Source: Chlorokybus atmophyticus (Eukaryota > Plantae > Mesostigma and Chlorokybus algae). Taken from it: a stretch of 64,000 nt of DNA. The notes under the pieces were generated by a model, which worked only from the letters and a program-made list of their open reading frames with translations, was not told the origin of the DNA and searched no databases. This document shows, one piece after another, positions 39,375 to 51,672 of this stretch; the first letter of the stretch is position 1; each line of letters opens with the position of its first letter. The position numbers and the translations under genes were made by a program. The stretch lies in contig RHPI01002076.1 of assembly GCA_009103225.1 (NCBI GenBank), positions 150,205 to 214,204 on the forward strand, given 5' to 3'.

Positions 39375-40260
39375 ATCTGATGATCACTCCTGAGAAGGAG
39401 TGGCGGGAGCGTGGTGCCACTTACATGAGACCAATACCGGTTGGAGAACAAGGTGAAGCAAACCGGCCGGTAACACCCAAACAGTGCCAACACCATGGAT
39501 TGCTGTTTGCACGCCAATGTACACAACTCTTGGCAAGATACGTGCATTCTCTGTGGCAGTGGCTTGGCTTCAGACAACTCAGAGCCACCTTTGTAAGAAG
39601 AGTCCAAAGCGGTCGGCTCGTGCGCGGAAAAGGCCTCGAGTGAAGAAGACGAACCCAACCCGTGGTTCACTGCATGGTCTGTCTTGCATCAGTGCGGGCA
39701 CCGGTGGGCTGTTTGGTGGTTCCAGCACTTCACGTGATAGTTGTCTCACTTCATATCAACACCGTGTTGATATAGAGTGACTTGCCTAAGTACGTGTGGG
39801 TTTGCAGGATACGTGCCTTCCATCCATCGTTGCCACTGGACAATGCGGCCATGCCAGAGTGCTCAACCAACGCCCGTGCAAACGGCTGCAAACACAACAT
39901 CTGTTCCGGGTGCGCAGCCGGGTACATCCGCATCGAGCTGGCAGAACATAAGTACCCCAGCATGCGTGCGCACCCGGGTTGCATGTACTAAAGTCCGAAG
40001 CACTATTGTGTGTGCATGTTGGCAACATCATCATGATCGTCGCCTGGTACAGAGGTCTCATGTTACAATACCATGAGGTCCTCGCGCACATGTGTGACAC
40101 CTGTACAGGTGGGCTTCTGGGGTTCAAACCCAAACAAGTTGTTGATGTGAAGGAGATCATCATCCAACATGAGGCTGCGGGTTGCTCTCTTCCAGCGTCT
40201 GGCGGCGGACTGGGTGTCCGTCTCAAACTGCCTGGCCAGCCACATCGTGCATTGCATGTA
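39375..40260 (+). pseudogene. RBR E3 ligase copy D (heavily degraded, lacks RING2)
   Basis: EWRERGATYMRPIPVG, CILCGSG...*..GSCAEKASSEED, GCKHNICSGCAAGYIRIELAEHKYP...HPGC, and a broken IBR exon starting ctgtacag|gtgggc at about 40109. Confidence 0.8.
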
Positions 40261-40407
40261 ACCCACATGTACGCATGCACAACGCATGCAAGCTCGTATA
40301 CGTGGAGAGATTCTGCCGGGGGACCTGTGTGTGGGTGAGTAACCATACACAGTGGTGAGTAACCATACACAGTGGTGAGTGAGACTTAGTCCCCATCTTC
40401 ATCTTGC

Positions 40408-40477
40408 CTGTTGATGACGAAGCGAATGTCGTCTGCGTTGAGCTTGAGTGTGAGGACAGATGTCAATGTTGGAAGGA

Positions 40478-40550
<73 letters not shown>

Positions 40551-40843
40551 NNNNNNNNNNNNNNNNNNNNNNNNNNNNNNNNNNNNNNNNNNNNNNNNNN
40601 NNNNNNNNNNNNNNNNNNNNNNNNNNNNNNNNNNNNNNNNNNNNNNNNNNNNNNNNNNNNNNNNNNNNNNNNNNNNNNNNNNNNNNNNNNNNNNNNNNNN
40701 NNNNNNNNNNNNNNNNNNNNNNNNNNNNNNNNNNNNNNNNNNNNNNNNNNNNNNNNNNNNNNNNNNNNNNNNNNNNNNNNNNNNNNNNNNNNNNNNNNNN
40801 NNNNNNNNNNAGAGAGAGAGAGAGGGAGAGAGAGAGAGAGGGA

Positions 40844-40884
<41 letters not shown>

Positions 40885-43110
40885 AGAGAGAGAGAGAGAG
40901 GGGGGGGTTGTTCGCCTGTCTCCTGTTGCGCGTTACGCTGGAGAAGAGCTGCGTGGAGTTGTCGAAAGAGGTACAGGGCTGCTGACCCGCATTACGCTTC
41001 GCTATGTCAGCCTGACGAGATGAGAGTGTGGGTGCTGTGTGGGCGTGTGCGTAGGGGAGTAGCTGGGCGTGTGGGTGTGGGTGTGCGTGCGCATGTGCGT
41101 GGGGATGATTTGCATGTGAATGCGTGAACTTGTGCGTATATACGCGTGCGTGCCCATCTGTGTGTGCACGTGTGCAAGCAAGTGTGTGCGCGTGTTTGTG
41201 CCTTCATGTGCCTGTGCGTGTCAGTTGCGTGTGAACGCGCACGCACGCGCATGTGTGTCTGCATGTGTGCTTGCGTGGGTGTGTGTACACGTGTGAATGT
41301 GCAGCTGCGTGCGCGTGTGTGTGCGTTTGCGAGCATGTGTTCATTGACTGTCACTGTGTCCACACAACACAACACACTTACAGAGATGTCGACGATCTGG
41401 TTGTTGATACAGCTGCCCGCTGGGAGCGCGCGAGCACTTCCCATGCTGCTACCTGTATGACACGCCACATCACGTCGTGTTGATGTTATATAAGTTGTGT
41501 TGAAAGAGACGGAATCCTTATTGAGCGAGAGAGTGCGTCTGAAACTGCATCAACACTACCTACTGGTACTACCAGTAGGCTGAGAAGGAGGTGCCGATGA
41601 GGTTGCACTGCGTGCTGTCCATTGAGAACTGCGTCTTGTCCACCACAAGCCACTGGTCCCTCCTCACTTTTGTGACAGACACACACACACACACACGCAC
41701 ACGCACACACGAGATGCAACAAGTCAACACATCTGTCATTTCACCAAAAGCGCTCTCGCACACATGCACGCATACCCAAGTTGTGAGGTGGGGTATGAGC
41801 AGGAGCTGCGACGTCATCACCCTCAAAGACTACACACACAATCAGTCAACAACACTCAATCACAAAAACACAACACATCCACAATGATCACGCTCCCAAC
41901 CGTGTACGGCGCCGTGGAGGGACTCCAACACCAAAGACTCCTGTGTAACACATTGTTGGTGTGTTGAGATGTGGGTATTTTGACCTGTTGGTGTGTGGGT
42001 ATCTTGGCATATGCTGGAATTTTGGAAGCAAGGGAAGTGTTCCGTGTGGTGTAAGGTTTGTGTACCGATGTGCTGGTATGGAGTGGTTGAATTGAATCTC
42101 AGGCAATGGTAGCTCTCGCTCATATTCCCGAACAATGCGTCGGGACCGTTGCCGAATGTGGAGTCCCAGGTGTTGTCGGAACCGCAGCCGCAGCAGAAAC
42201 CCTGGGGGATAGAGATGCCCACAGCCACAGATACATACAGACACCCACGTACACATGCACGCACGCACATACGCAAGCGCACGCACACATGCAGTGACAC
42301 ATGAATGCACACGTGTGTTTTTACGTGCGTGTGTATCTGGGTGCATGCGTGCGTGCGTGCGTGAAATTCATAAGTCCAAGTTTTCATCCGCAGGTGGGGC
42401 TTGAGTCGAAGTCGCCTGCGCTGCTATAATTTCACAACTCGGACGGGGCGTAGTGAAAGTCTTGATAGCAAGGGTGAGAGCAAGTGAGTGGACTGGCCTG
42501 CTCTGTATCACACACACACGCACGCGTCCACCCACCCACCTTTTTCATAGTAGATGGGGCATGTGTTGTACGTACCGATATGGCGTACGGCACCGTCATG
42601 GACTTGACTCTGCCGTCCACGTTGGCAGCCTCCGTCACGTAGGCCTGCACGCTCGTCGTCGCCAAGGTCTGCAATGAGGGAGGCGGACACAGCCTTATGG
42701 TGAGGAACACTCTCGCACGTGTGTATGCATGCAATCACATGTTCATATGCGCGCACGTGTGGACACGTGCGTGCCTACACACGGGTGTGTGCGAGCCACA
42801 CGCACACACACGCGCGAATACCTCTGCGACCCACCCAACCACACTCAACTGTGTGTGCATGTGCGCATGTGTGTTCACTGCGTACTGTGTGTGCGCGTGC
42901 GTGTATGATACACGCACGCACACACGCCATCCACACTCGCCCACCCACATCAGCACTCACGTGTCCGCTGGTGACGCTCATGGCGACGACCACCTTCTTG
43001 ATACACCTTATGGTATTGTTTGGATTCATCCCGACGGTGTTGGGATTGACACAAGTGTTGATGCCAGGATTGACGAATCGCCATCAACGGAGACAACATT
43101 GCGTTCAAGT
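40408..43110 (-). pseudogene. HAP2: HAP2/GCS1 class II gamete fusogen, disrupted and 3'-truncated
   Basis: Successive minus-strand exons in HAP2 order: TCVNPNT...RCIKKVVVAMSVTSGH (~43100-42961); TLATTSVQAYVTEAANVDGRVKSMTVPYAIS (42668-42576); ASPL...YQDFHYAPSEL*..GDFDSSPTCG* (42497-42384); GFCCGCGSDNTWDSTFG...YHCLRF (42201-42066); GVFGVG (from 41940); SQLLLIP (41829-41776); DQWLVVDKTQFSMDSTQCNLIGTSFSAY (~41665-41575); PAGSCINNQIVDI (41452-41382); ADIAKRNAGQQP/LYL (from 41011); TSVLTLKLNADDIRFVINR (~40474-40408). These match remembered Chlamydomonas and Arabidopsis HAP2 motifs. Confidence 0.9.
40476..40905. repeat. (AG)n/(AGAGAC)n microsatellite flanking a 260-N gap (40551-40810)
   Basis: Directly visible; it lies inside the HAP2 locus. 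Confidence 0.95.
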
Positions 43111-43289
43111 AATGTTCAGAATGACATGCATGATGAGCGTGTATCAGATGCACTGCTGAGATGCAGCATCGAACTCATCACTGTGTGCACGTTCAGTGCC
43201 AGCCTCACATGACATATCATAAGCCACGAGCTGATCCAAGCATCAACCTGCACTGCACTGCTGTTACGTTGCAATAAGATTGTCGCATG

Positions 43290-44760
43290 TCGCGAGAGGG
43301 TAACTGTTTTGCATGTTGCTGGACCATTACAACATCAAAGAGTGCATCGAAAACTGCCATGGCAATGGCGACCTTCAATTATGCGACTTCTGTAAAGAAG
43401 CCTTCCATATTATATACGATTGGCTTCAATGACATGCAGGTTGACGCTTGGTTGTGTTTGCGCGTGTGCGGTGCAGGTTAGACACTTGATTGCATGCAAA
43501 TATACATGCATACTGACAACCCTTACCTGCACAGCAGTCCTGCCACACATGCACGGTGCCTGCCGCTGATGCTAAGTGCTGGGCCTGCAGAAGGGCCTCA
43601 TGGCCAAACAACTCTAACCTTACGCGCAAGCTGGCAGTCTCCTGGCTGCTGATGGCAACATTCAAGGCAAGTCAGTTGACTTCAAGTACTCAAGTTGAGT
43701 AACGTAGTAACATTCACCCCAAGCATTCACAGTAATGATGGTGATGTTACTATTACAACCAGCTGTACTTGGCAGATACTGAAGTCAATCCCAGGCAAAA
43801 CGCTCAAAACACCCAGGCAGTTGCAGAACATGCAAGGTAAGCAAGGCACCTTCTTGCGTGTTGTTTGTCAGTTTCCAGTCAATAATGCCAGTCACTGCCA
43901 GTCATCAATAGTAATGCAACCATTGCATAGGAGCAAGGAGCCACATCAGCGATGTGTGCGTGCCCTGTCAAGTGGAGGTTATGGGCAGACATCAACAAGT
44001 GTTGGTACCTGAAGTGTACTTCTGCCAGGCTGCCAAGAGGACAAGTATATATACCGTTTTTGTTTAGCCCAAGAGGTGAGACAATACACAAAGCTCGTAA
44101 GTTTGGCTGTTCAGTCCGTTGCACCATTGTGATGCGGTTGTTAACATCAAGCAAGTGTGTTATCATTATCTTACACGCTTATGCGCACGCATGTGCACGC
44201 ACCCATGCATGCGAGTGTGTCACCATTATCTCACACACGTATGTGCACGCGCACGCATGCACGCACCCACACACGCACGTATGCGCACAGTGCAATACTG
44301 ACTTGACATGAATAAACCTTCCAACGCCACTCCATTTGCGCAAATGTGCGGCGTTTATGTCTTAAATGGCGGCATAGAATCAAACACGTTGCCAAAGCCA
44401 TCCAAAGTAGTCCTTTTCAACAGCTGTGATTCGTCATGCATGCGCTCAGCGCGCCCAACATGCAGGAGGTTGTTGTCGGACGCCTCTAATAATGCTGACG
44501 ATGGTGAGTCTGTATAAGAAGCTAAGCGTCAGGACACAAGCGAAGGTATGTAGAAAGTTATCAACATTAGGACTTCATGCTGTATTCTCACGTTGCAGTT
44601 TTGGATGTGTGTTTGGTAGTACCAAACACAGTCTAGTACACTCAATCATGAGGGCAAATTATCATTGCAGGCGTTTCAGGATAACAATCTTGACGCTGGT
44701 AATGCCGGTAATGCTGTCGTTGCCGATGACTGGCTCTAGCAACAGCGCAGTGCGTTGATC
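43290..44760 (-). pseudogene. Possible decayed LRR-protein remnant
   Basis: Scattered LRR-like peptides in broken frames: LLEASDNNL, LKRTTLDGFGNVFDSMPP, LRALCIVS, LLMSAHNLHLTG, LQYL, LEYL. No coherent ORF. Confidence 0.2.
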
Positions 44761-45322
44761 ACCGTATGTGTGCCGCTACTGCAAGCTGGTCACCTGCTGC
44801 TTCTGCGCAGACCACTGCTGGGTTTACGAAGATGTAGCAGAAGTCCAGCCTGTGAGCACCTGCTTGACCAACGCAGACAATGCAGTACTGAGCCTTATGG
44901 CACGTGCGACTGTTGCAATTTGTAAGCCTTTGGGAATGTGTTTGTTTTCCACAACTGCTGCCAAGTCACGGCCTTGAAGTTGCTGCTGAGCTGGAATTTG
45001 TGATGGTGTTTGGCTGTAGCATCTAAAGCTACATTGGCCGCTCTGTGGCCAATGCAGCTTTGATTGCTACGGTTTGTTGCTTCAGAAAAATATGTTGTGT
45101 TGATGTGTTATCAATAAGTGAGGAGAGCTGCCAGCAGGTGACTGAAGCGTTGGTAGCTGTTTGTGCATATTCCATGTTGGTTACCTGCTGTGATGCAAGC
45201 ATGCTGTGCTATGTGCATGCACAAGTGCGACAGCATCTGTCATGGCAGCTGTGTTTGTCAACCATAGCTGCAATTTGCAACTTGAAGGCGTGCACCGCAC
45301 GAGCACACAACGTACAAGCCTC

Positions 45323-48300
45323 CTAGAAACCAGCGACGCGTGTTCGTTTTGCAGCTTGCATGACCTGCTCAGAGGCAAGCCGCCTCTTGCCGGCAGCTGC
45401 ATCTATGGCCGCATCGTCCAGGTCATCCTGGATGTCACCGAGGTTGTCCACACCCTCAAGCTCTTCATCATCACCGAGCTCCGGCTCGCCATCCTCAAGC
45501 TCTTCCTCCTCCTCCTCCGCTGCCTCCTCAACAGCTTCACCCTCTGCAACCTCACTGGTATGCCTCTCAAAGAACTCAGCAAACCTGTTGGGCTTTCTCG
45601 GCACCTGCAACCATGTTACTTGACTTCTAGCACGACAAGATTGACTTCTACATCACATTTGATCATGACATTATAACTTACCTGGAAGAAGCGTTGGCGC
45701 TCACGCGCGTTGCTGACCATCTCGCCCCAATGCTCGTTTGTTGAGAGCTTGGCTGCGGACCCGATTACCAGCATTGACGAGCGAGCGCGCGTGAGACCCA
45801 CATTCATGCGCCGCTCATCTGCGAAGCATCCAAGAGTTTGTGTTTGTTGATAATCACCTGGAAGTGATGATCAACCTTAACAACACCCGAGTGTTTCAAC
45901 ACCTGACAAGAAGCCTATTCCTCCTCGCCGCTTGGAGCGCACGCATGAAAAGATAGCAATTTCCATCTCACGCCCCTGCCAGTGACACAAGCCTGAGTAA
46001 TCTGGCTGACATGGGTATGTTGCATGATGACAACAATGCTTGGAAATGGTGAATATGACACCAACTACTACATGCCTGAAATCCGTCGACAGTGTTGATG
46101 TCAATGAGCCGTTCCACATCTTTGCCAAACAGTTCAGTGAATTTTGTCCGCAGCAGCTTGACCTGCGCCTTGTACCTAGCAAAGAATCAGATCTGTGCTG
46201 CAACCCAACTCCCCAACAGTATATCATACGGACTTGCGCACAAACAGGCGTTCAGCTTACGGAGATATGACTCCAGTGCGCCTGCCTTCTTTAAGCTGGG
46301 GATATTTGCTCACCAATTCCTGGTAGATAGCCAATGCAAATACTGCCTCCTCCTCATTGGCATGCGATCCACCCTGCAGGAGCAGTGCAAACAAACAGCT
46401 TTGGAAACGAACTGGGGCTGACCTGAAAAACTGAGCAATAGATTTATGCAGCCTGCCTACCTGTGGGGTGGTTTCTTTGCCATTGACATTGAAGAAAGCA
46501 AACGGGCCGAAGATCCTGTGCTTGTGCCAGGGCTGCGTCGTCTGCTCCAAAATGTTGGCACCATCCTCCAGCGATCCACCGTAAAAGTGATTGGACGGAA
46601 ACACTCTGATCTGTAACACAACAACACCCCACTCATTAGCAACATGTACACATACATTCGCACACGCACACCCCCACACTCACGCGCGCACACACACATG
46701 CACACATGCACACAGTCACACTCTCGCGCGCGCGCCAGAGAGAGAGTGTGTGNNNNNNNNNNNNNNNNNNNNNNNNNNNNNNNNNNNNNNNNNNNNNNNN
46801 NNNNNNNNNNNNNNNNNNNNNNNNNNNNNNNNNNNNNNNNNNNNNNNNNNNNNNNNNNNNNNNNNNNNNNNNNNNNNNNNNNNNNNNNNNNNNNNNNNNN
46901 NNNNNNNNNNNNNNNNNNNNNNNNNNNNNNNNNNNNNNGGGGGGGGGGGGGGGGGGGGGGGGGCGCGCGCGCATGCACGCACACACACAGTACTGACCTC
47001 AGGATGCATGCGGTATTGGGTTCGCAGCATGTGGACGGGGTGTCCTGCCTGCTGGAACCTCTTAAACATGCTGGTGCCGTAGCCGAGCTGGACGGCTCTG
47101 CTCGACAGCACCGTTGCGGGCAGCTGGATGGGGTCTCCAACGAGTATAACTTTCTTGCAGCCGTGCGCTAGCGGGACGAGCGTCGACGGCTCCACCGCCT
47201 GTGCCGCCTCGTCGATCACAACGACATCGAAACCGCGCGTCACACGAGAGAAGATGGCGCTGCCGCTGAAACTCAGCGTCGAGCAAACCTGTGCATGAAC
47301 GTAGTTTGAGTATTAAAGTGTAGACATGGAGGCTGCAGAGTAAGAAACACACACATACAATGGCTGCTTCATCAAGAATGGCAAGCCGGATTCGGTCGCG
47401 CTCAGTATTGACATCCGATCTTCCTCCGGCCTTGCGAGCCGCATTCAACCTCTGATTGACCTGATGAATGACAAGCACAAGTCAACACTCAAATAGCTTC
47501 TTATGAACTAAAATTCTCTGTTGAGCAAGCCATGTTGCATGTGCGTGGGCACGCATGCATGCGTGCCCACGCACATACATATGTCATGCATAGCTCACCA
47601 TGGTGTCCATACAGACGCCGTGCACAGAATGGTGAGGGTTCAATCCAACACGAACGATATTTGGCACGTAGTGCTTTCCTTGCTCGTCCGGAATGCCGGA
47701 GTTGAGCATACGCAACACCAACTCATCCAATGCAGAGTTGGACGGCGCACAAACAAGCACATGAGCACGGCGACCGTGGCCTTTGCCCAGCTTTGTTAAA
47801 ACCTGGACAGAACGTTGTTGGACTTTGCTTATGACTGCAAGCATGCATTATATCAACACTACATACCGCATCTGGTGTGCCAATGGTTTCAAAGCGAGTA
47901 AACAGTTCGTCTTCAACGGGCGTTACCGCATCGCGAACATTGCGACTGTTTCTCTGCCACGGGGCTGCACGCAGCCAATTAAGCTTCCTTTCTTCTTCGG
48001 TCATTTGACTCTGCGGAGCGACATCAAGAAGTTCTGCACTGCAACACCATGGTCAGGCTTGTGATAATAACAACATCAACTGCTGCTACACATGCTGGAA
48101 CCAGTTGCTCCACACATGACCGCATGCCTCTGCATATCTTAACAATTTGATGCAGCGTCTGTTGGCAAAGAGTCATGGTCCCAGCAATATTTGCAAGTAT
48201 GCAAGCAAATGCAGACTTCAGCCCAAGGGTTATGATGATGTATAAAGATCAGCATGAGACACATTGGCAGCGTCAACGTACACGCTCTTGGCCTCGCCGG

Positions 48301-50203
48301 CGGAAGTGGAGTGGAGGATGACACTCAGCAGTCCCAGCAGGGTCTGAGTCTTGCCCGTGCCGGGTGGGCCTTGGATGAGCGTCACCGGCGACGCTTCCAA
48401 ACCGCCCAGCACCGCCTGCAGCTGATACTCGTTGTGCGCCTTGGTCAACTGATCCAATAAGGACTCGGGTATGATCCTCGGGGTTGCCTGGAACACATGA
48501 GTGGTTGAATTGGTAAAATATGTAAGCTCTGTCCAGTTGCATACAAGGCTTGGTGTGCACCTCCAGATCTGTGAGGTCTCGAGGGCTTCCTGATAAAAGA
48601 ATGTCGCTGAAAGGGAGGTTTGGCGCGGCGTGCAAGGCCAGGTATTCTCTTGATATCGTGGACAAGCTCGCCAACTGAGCAACAGGAGAGACAAAGGCAC
48701 AGTTCAATCAGAACAATAGAATGAATGCTATCGAGTGGATGCATTCATTCAAGAGTAGTAAGTAGACTTCAACAGACCTTTACTATCCACCAGCCGGTTT
48801 TGCCATTACTGGCATCAAGCCGTGTGCGAACTCTTTTCATCCGGTCTTTGTGTTGGGCTGCGAGTCGCTTGGGTTGGGCAACCCCACTCGCAGCAGGCAA
48901 ATCTGCACACCACAAGGGTTGAATCATTGGCAAAAGCACTTTACATATCAATCAGTTGAAACCACACCAAGACAAAAAGTATAGCACCTTCCAGGTGCAT
49001 TCGTAGACGCAAGCTAGCCTCTCCATCATGCGCCTCAACAATCGCCAGGGCATGGCACTTTGGTGTTGCCGTCTCTCCAGGCTGGTGCATGCGTACACAG
49101 CATTGAGTGTTTGCTTGTTGATTGGTTGCCTACTGCTGAAATACCTGCCAAGTCTCACCTTCTCAAAAGACAGAAGTAAGACATCATTCTCGTTGAAATC
49201 GTTGCTCACAGCGGCTCCCACAAGTATCTTCAACATGCCGAAGTCATTGATGTGCTCGAACAACGTCGGCACCGCTCTCTGCACCTCCCCGGCCCCACCT
49301 GCATGCATGCGACCACCGTCATGCGGTGGTCCAGTAACCTGGCACACATACGCACGCGCACACGCACACACGCTGGCACACGCACGCACGCATACTCGCG
49401 CGCACACGCACACATGCATACTTGCATGCACACTGGCCCACACACACGCACACGCATGCGCACGTACGCATACTGACCGGATGATTACACATCAATGTTG
49501 GTACCTGTGCGTTCTTTGTCTAGGAGCAGTTGCGCTCGACACTCTTCGAGCAACAAAGGCTCGAAGCAGCCGAGGTAGTCTTCAATGCTGTCGAAGGAGA
49601 GCGGCACCTCTCTAAGGCCATCACCGCCCTTCGCTTTCGGATCCTTCTAATAACAGAGCATGCATGTTGCAGTTGCCACATGGAGAACTCAGCATGACAA
49701 AAAAACCAAGCCTGAGACGCTATATACTCAAGCAAAGAGCACACTCTGCCAGACGCGCACATGCCATTGCAGGCATGGCACATGACACAACTAGTCAGGT
49801 GCGGTGCATACTATAGCAAACAAGATGTGATGTGGATGAGTACTTTGCAACTGCGTTGTAAATTGTGCTCAATAAGTTTACACAGTACGAGCTGCTTGCT
49901 TTCGCCTCTGCATGCAAATATAGCACCATAACAACCACCATAATAACCACCAACCAAGAACATTGAAGACTGAACCTCTCAGCTATTAAAAGTCTTGTGA
50001 TAGCTGCTGCCTTCAGCTTTGCAGCATGCAACTTATCATGAATTGTCGCTGGTTAGTACCTTGTCAGCGGCGTTCAGCTGGAAGAAGTCCCAGGATAGGA
50101 TTTTACGCTGAAGCTGGGCGAGGCGGGCGGCGTTGGTCTCTCCGCTTTTTACCCCTCCTCCTGCTTCTGCTCCTGCTCCTGCTCCAGCAGCAAGGGCCAC
50201 CAT
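45323..50203 (-). CDS. MAA3: SEN1/UPF1-family superfamily-1 helicase, MAGATAMA3-like, about 862 aa
   Basis: Seventeen exons: 50203-50060, 49646-49505, 49298-49159, 49081-48988, 48902-48778, 48674-48561, 48487-48282, 48038-47867, 47802-47599, 47460-47359, 47288-46998, 46610-46461, 46373-46261, 46175-46076, 45975-45903, 45818-45682, 45604-45323. Phases are consistent. Motifs: ILSWDF, LIQGPPGTGKTQT, VCAPSNSALDE, FDVVVIDEAAQAVEP, LVGDPIQLPAT, QYRMHP, ISPY, TVDGFQGRE, RRMNVGLTRA, and an acidic tail, matching the MAA3 layout. Confidence 0.93.
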
Positions 50204-51584
50204 CCCAACCAAGTCAGCATGCGCAATGCTTTGCGAAGCAACGCATGACACCAAAGTCTGCCACCCAAGCCTGCCAGATCACACAGCCTGTACGTCCGAG
50301 AGCTGGTGGCGTGCGTCGTCGCCGTCGCCGTTGTGGTCGTCGTCGTCGTCGGCAGCGGCGGCACAGGCGAATGTATGTTTTGAACGCGGTACACGGCTCA
50401 TGAATTTGGGATGCATCGAGCAGCCGAGGATGGTTGTAGCGACTTGCTGCAAACATTACTTCAGCGAGAGCCCAAACATGCACGCAGCTCACCTTGCCAA
50501 TTGCATTAGCACATTAGCAACTGCATTACCACATGTACCTACGTGGCAGTGAGTTGCACAAGAAAGATTTGTGTCACATGGTACTTGTCATGTACCCCAA
50601 GTGCAATTCCTCTGCACAGTTTCTGAAACACTCTCAATTAGGCTTACATCCACAACCATCCATGTTTAGCATATTTTTATGTAATTTTGCATCACATGTT
50701 GTAAAAAATAGTAGCAAAAGAGCTAATGCATCGATATATGAGCAGCTTATACATTAATTACATAGGCAAACACTATAGCAGAACAGCAAAGCACCTTATA
50801 CATACGTAATTGCATGTGTTGCATTGAACTAATAAATACTTACATGATCAATGTAAGGTAATTGTTGCTAATGCATTTATGTGCACATGAATGCAATAGG
50901 CTGTTACAAACACGGACGTGATTTCATTGACCTTACAATGTTACTGAGTGGCCATCTTTATCTTTGATATTGGATGATAGCTGCTGACAATTTGTAAAAT
51001 CAGCGAATGATGACACATTGCATTGTGTTGTGGTAGTGTGGTTTGCCATAGATGATTATCTTCATACAATCAGTGAACGGCGAATTACCAGTGTATATGA
51101 ACCCAAAGCTTTATAATATTAAACTTACGGTCGTGAGGTAGGATAATTTGTTCAGTTATTAATCGTGAGTCTACAAGGGTTGCGGCCAATGGCTTATGCC
51201 GGGTTCACAAAGCTTTTATTTTTTGGAACATCACTATGTGCAATAAATTCGAACGTGCATGTTAGCGTACATACACAATAGCATTAGTATTTACGATTGG
51301 CTGCAAGTGCAAAAATTAAGGGAGCAGCAAGCGAGATACAACTTTCAACGTGAATGCTGTCTACCGTGTACAACGGTAAGCGCAGTACATTGTCGAGCTT
51401 TATTGCAGAGTTATGATGGGCATCATTTGTTGTTACACACAAGTGGGTCTCTTATGTGTAGAGTGCCTGCGTAACCCTTTTACTTTTACAAGGCTCTGTC
51501 TATCATTTGAGTGAAAAAATAAGCATATGCAAAGAGTACAGCTCATGTGTGCAATGCATTATGCACGTCACTCGGTGTGCGCCA

Positions 51585-51588
<4 letters not shown>

Positions 51589-51668
<80 letters not shown>

Positions 51669-51672
51669 NGAG
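51589..51672. repeat. (AG)n microsatellite
   Basis: Directly visible in the sequence. Confidence 0.95.

Noticed and set aside
42384-42434. TGA recoded as Trp or Sec to rescue HAP2 and the chromodomain
   Set aside because: Intact genes in the window use TGG for Trp and TGA as a stop (RBR A, BTB copy 2). HAP2 also has frameshifts and deletions.
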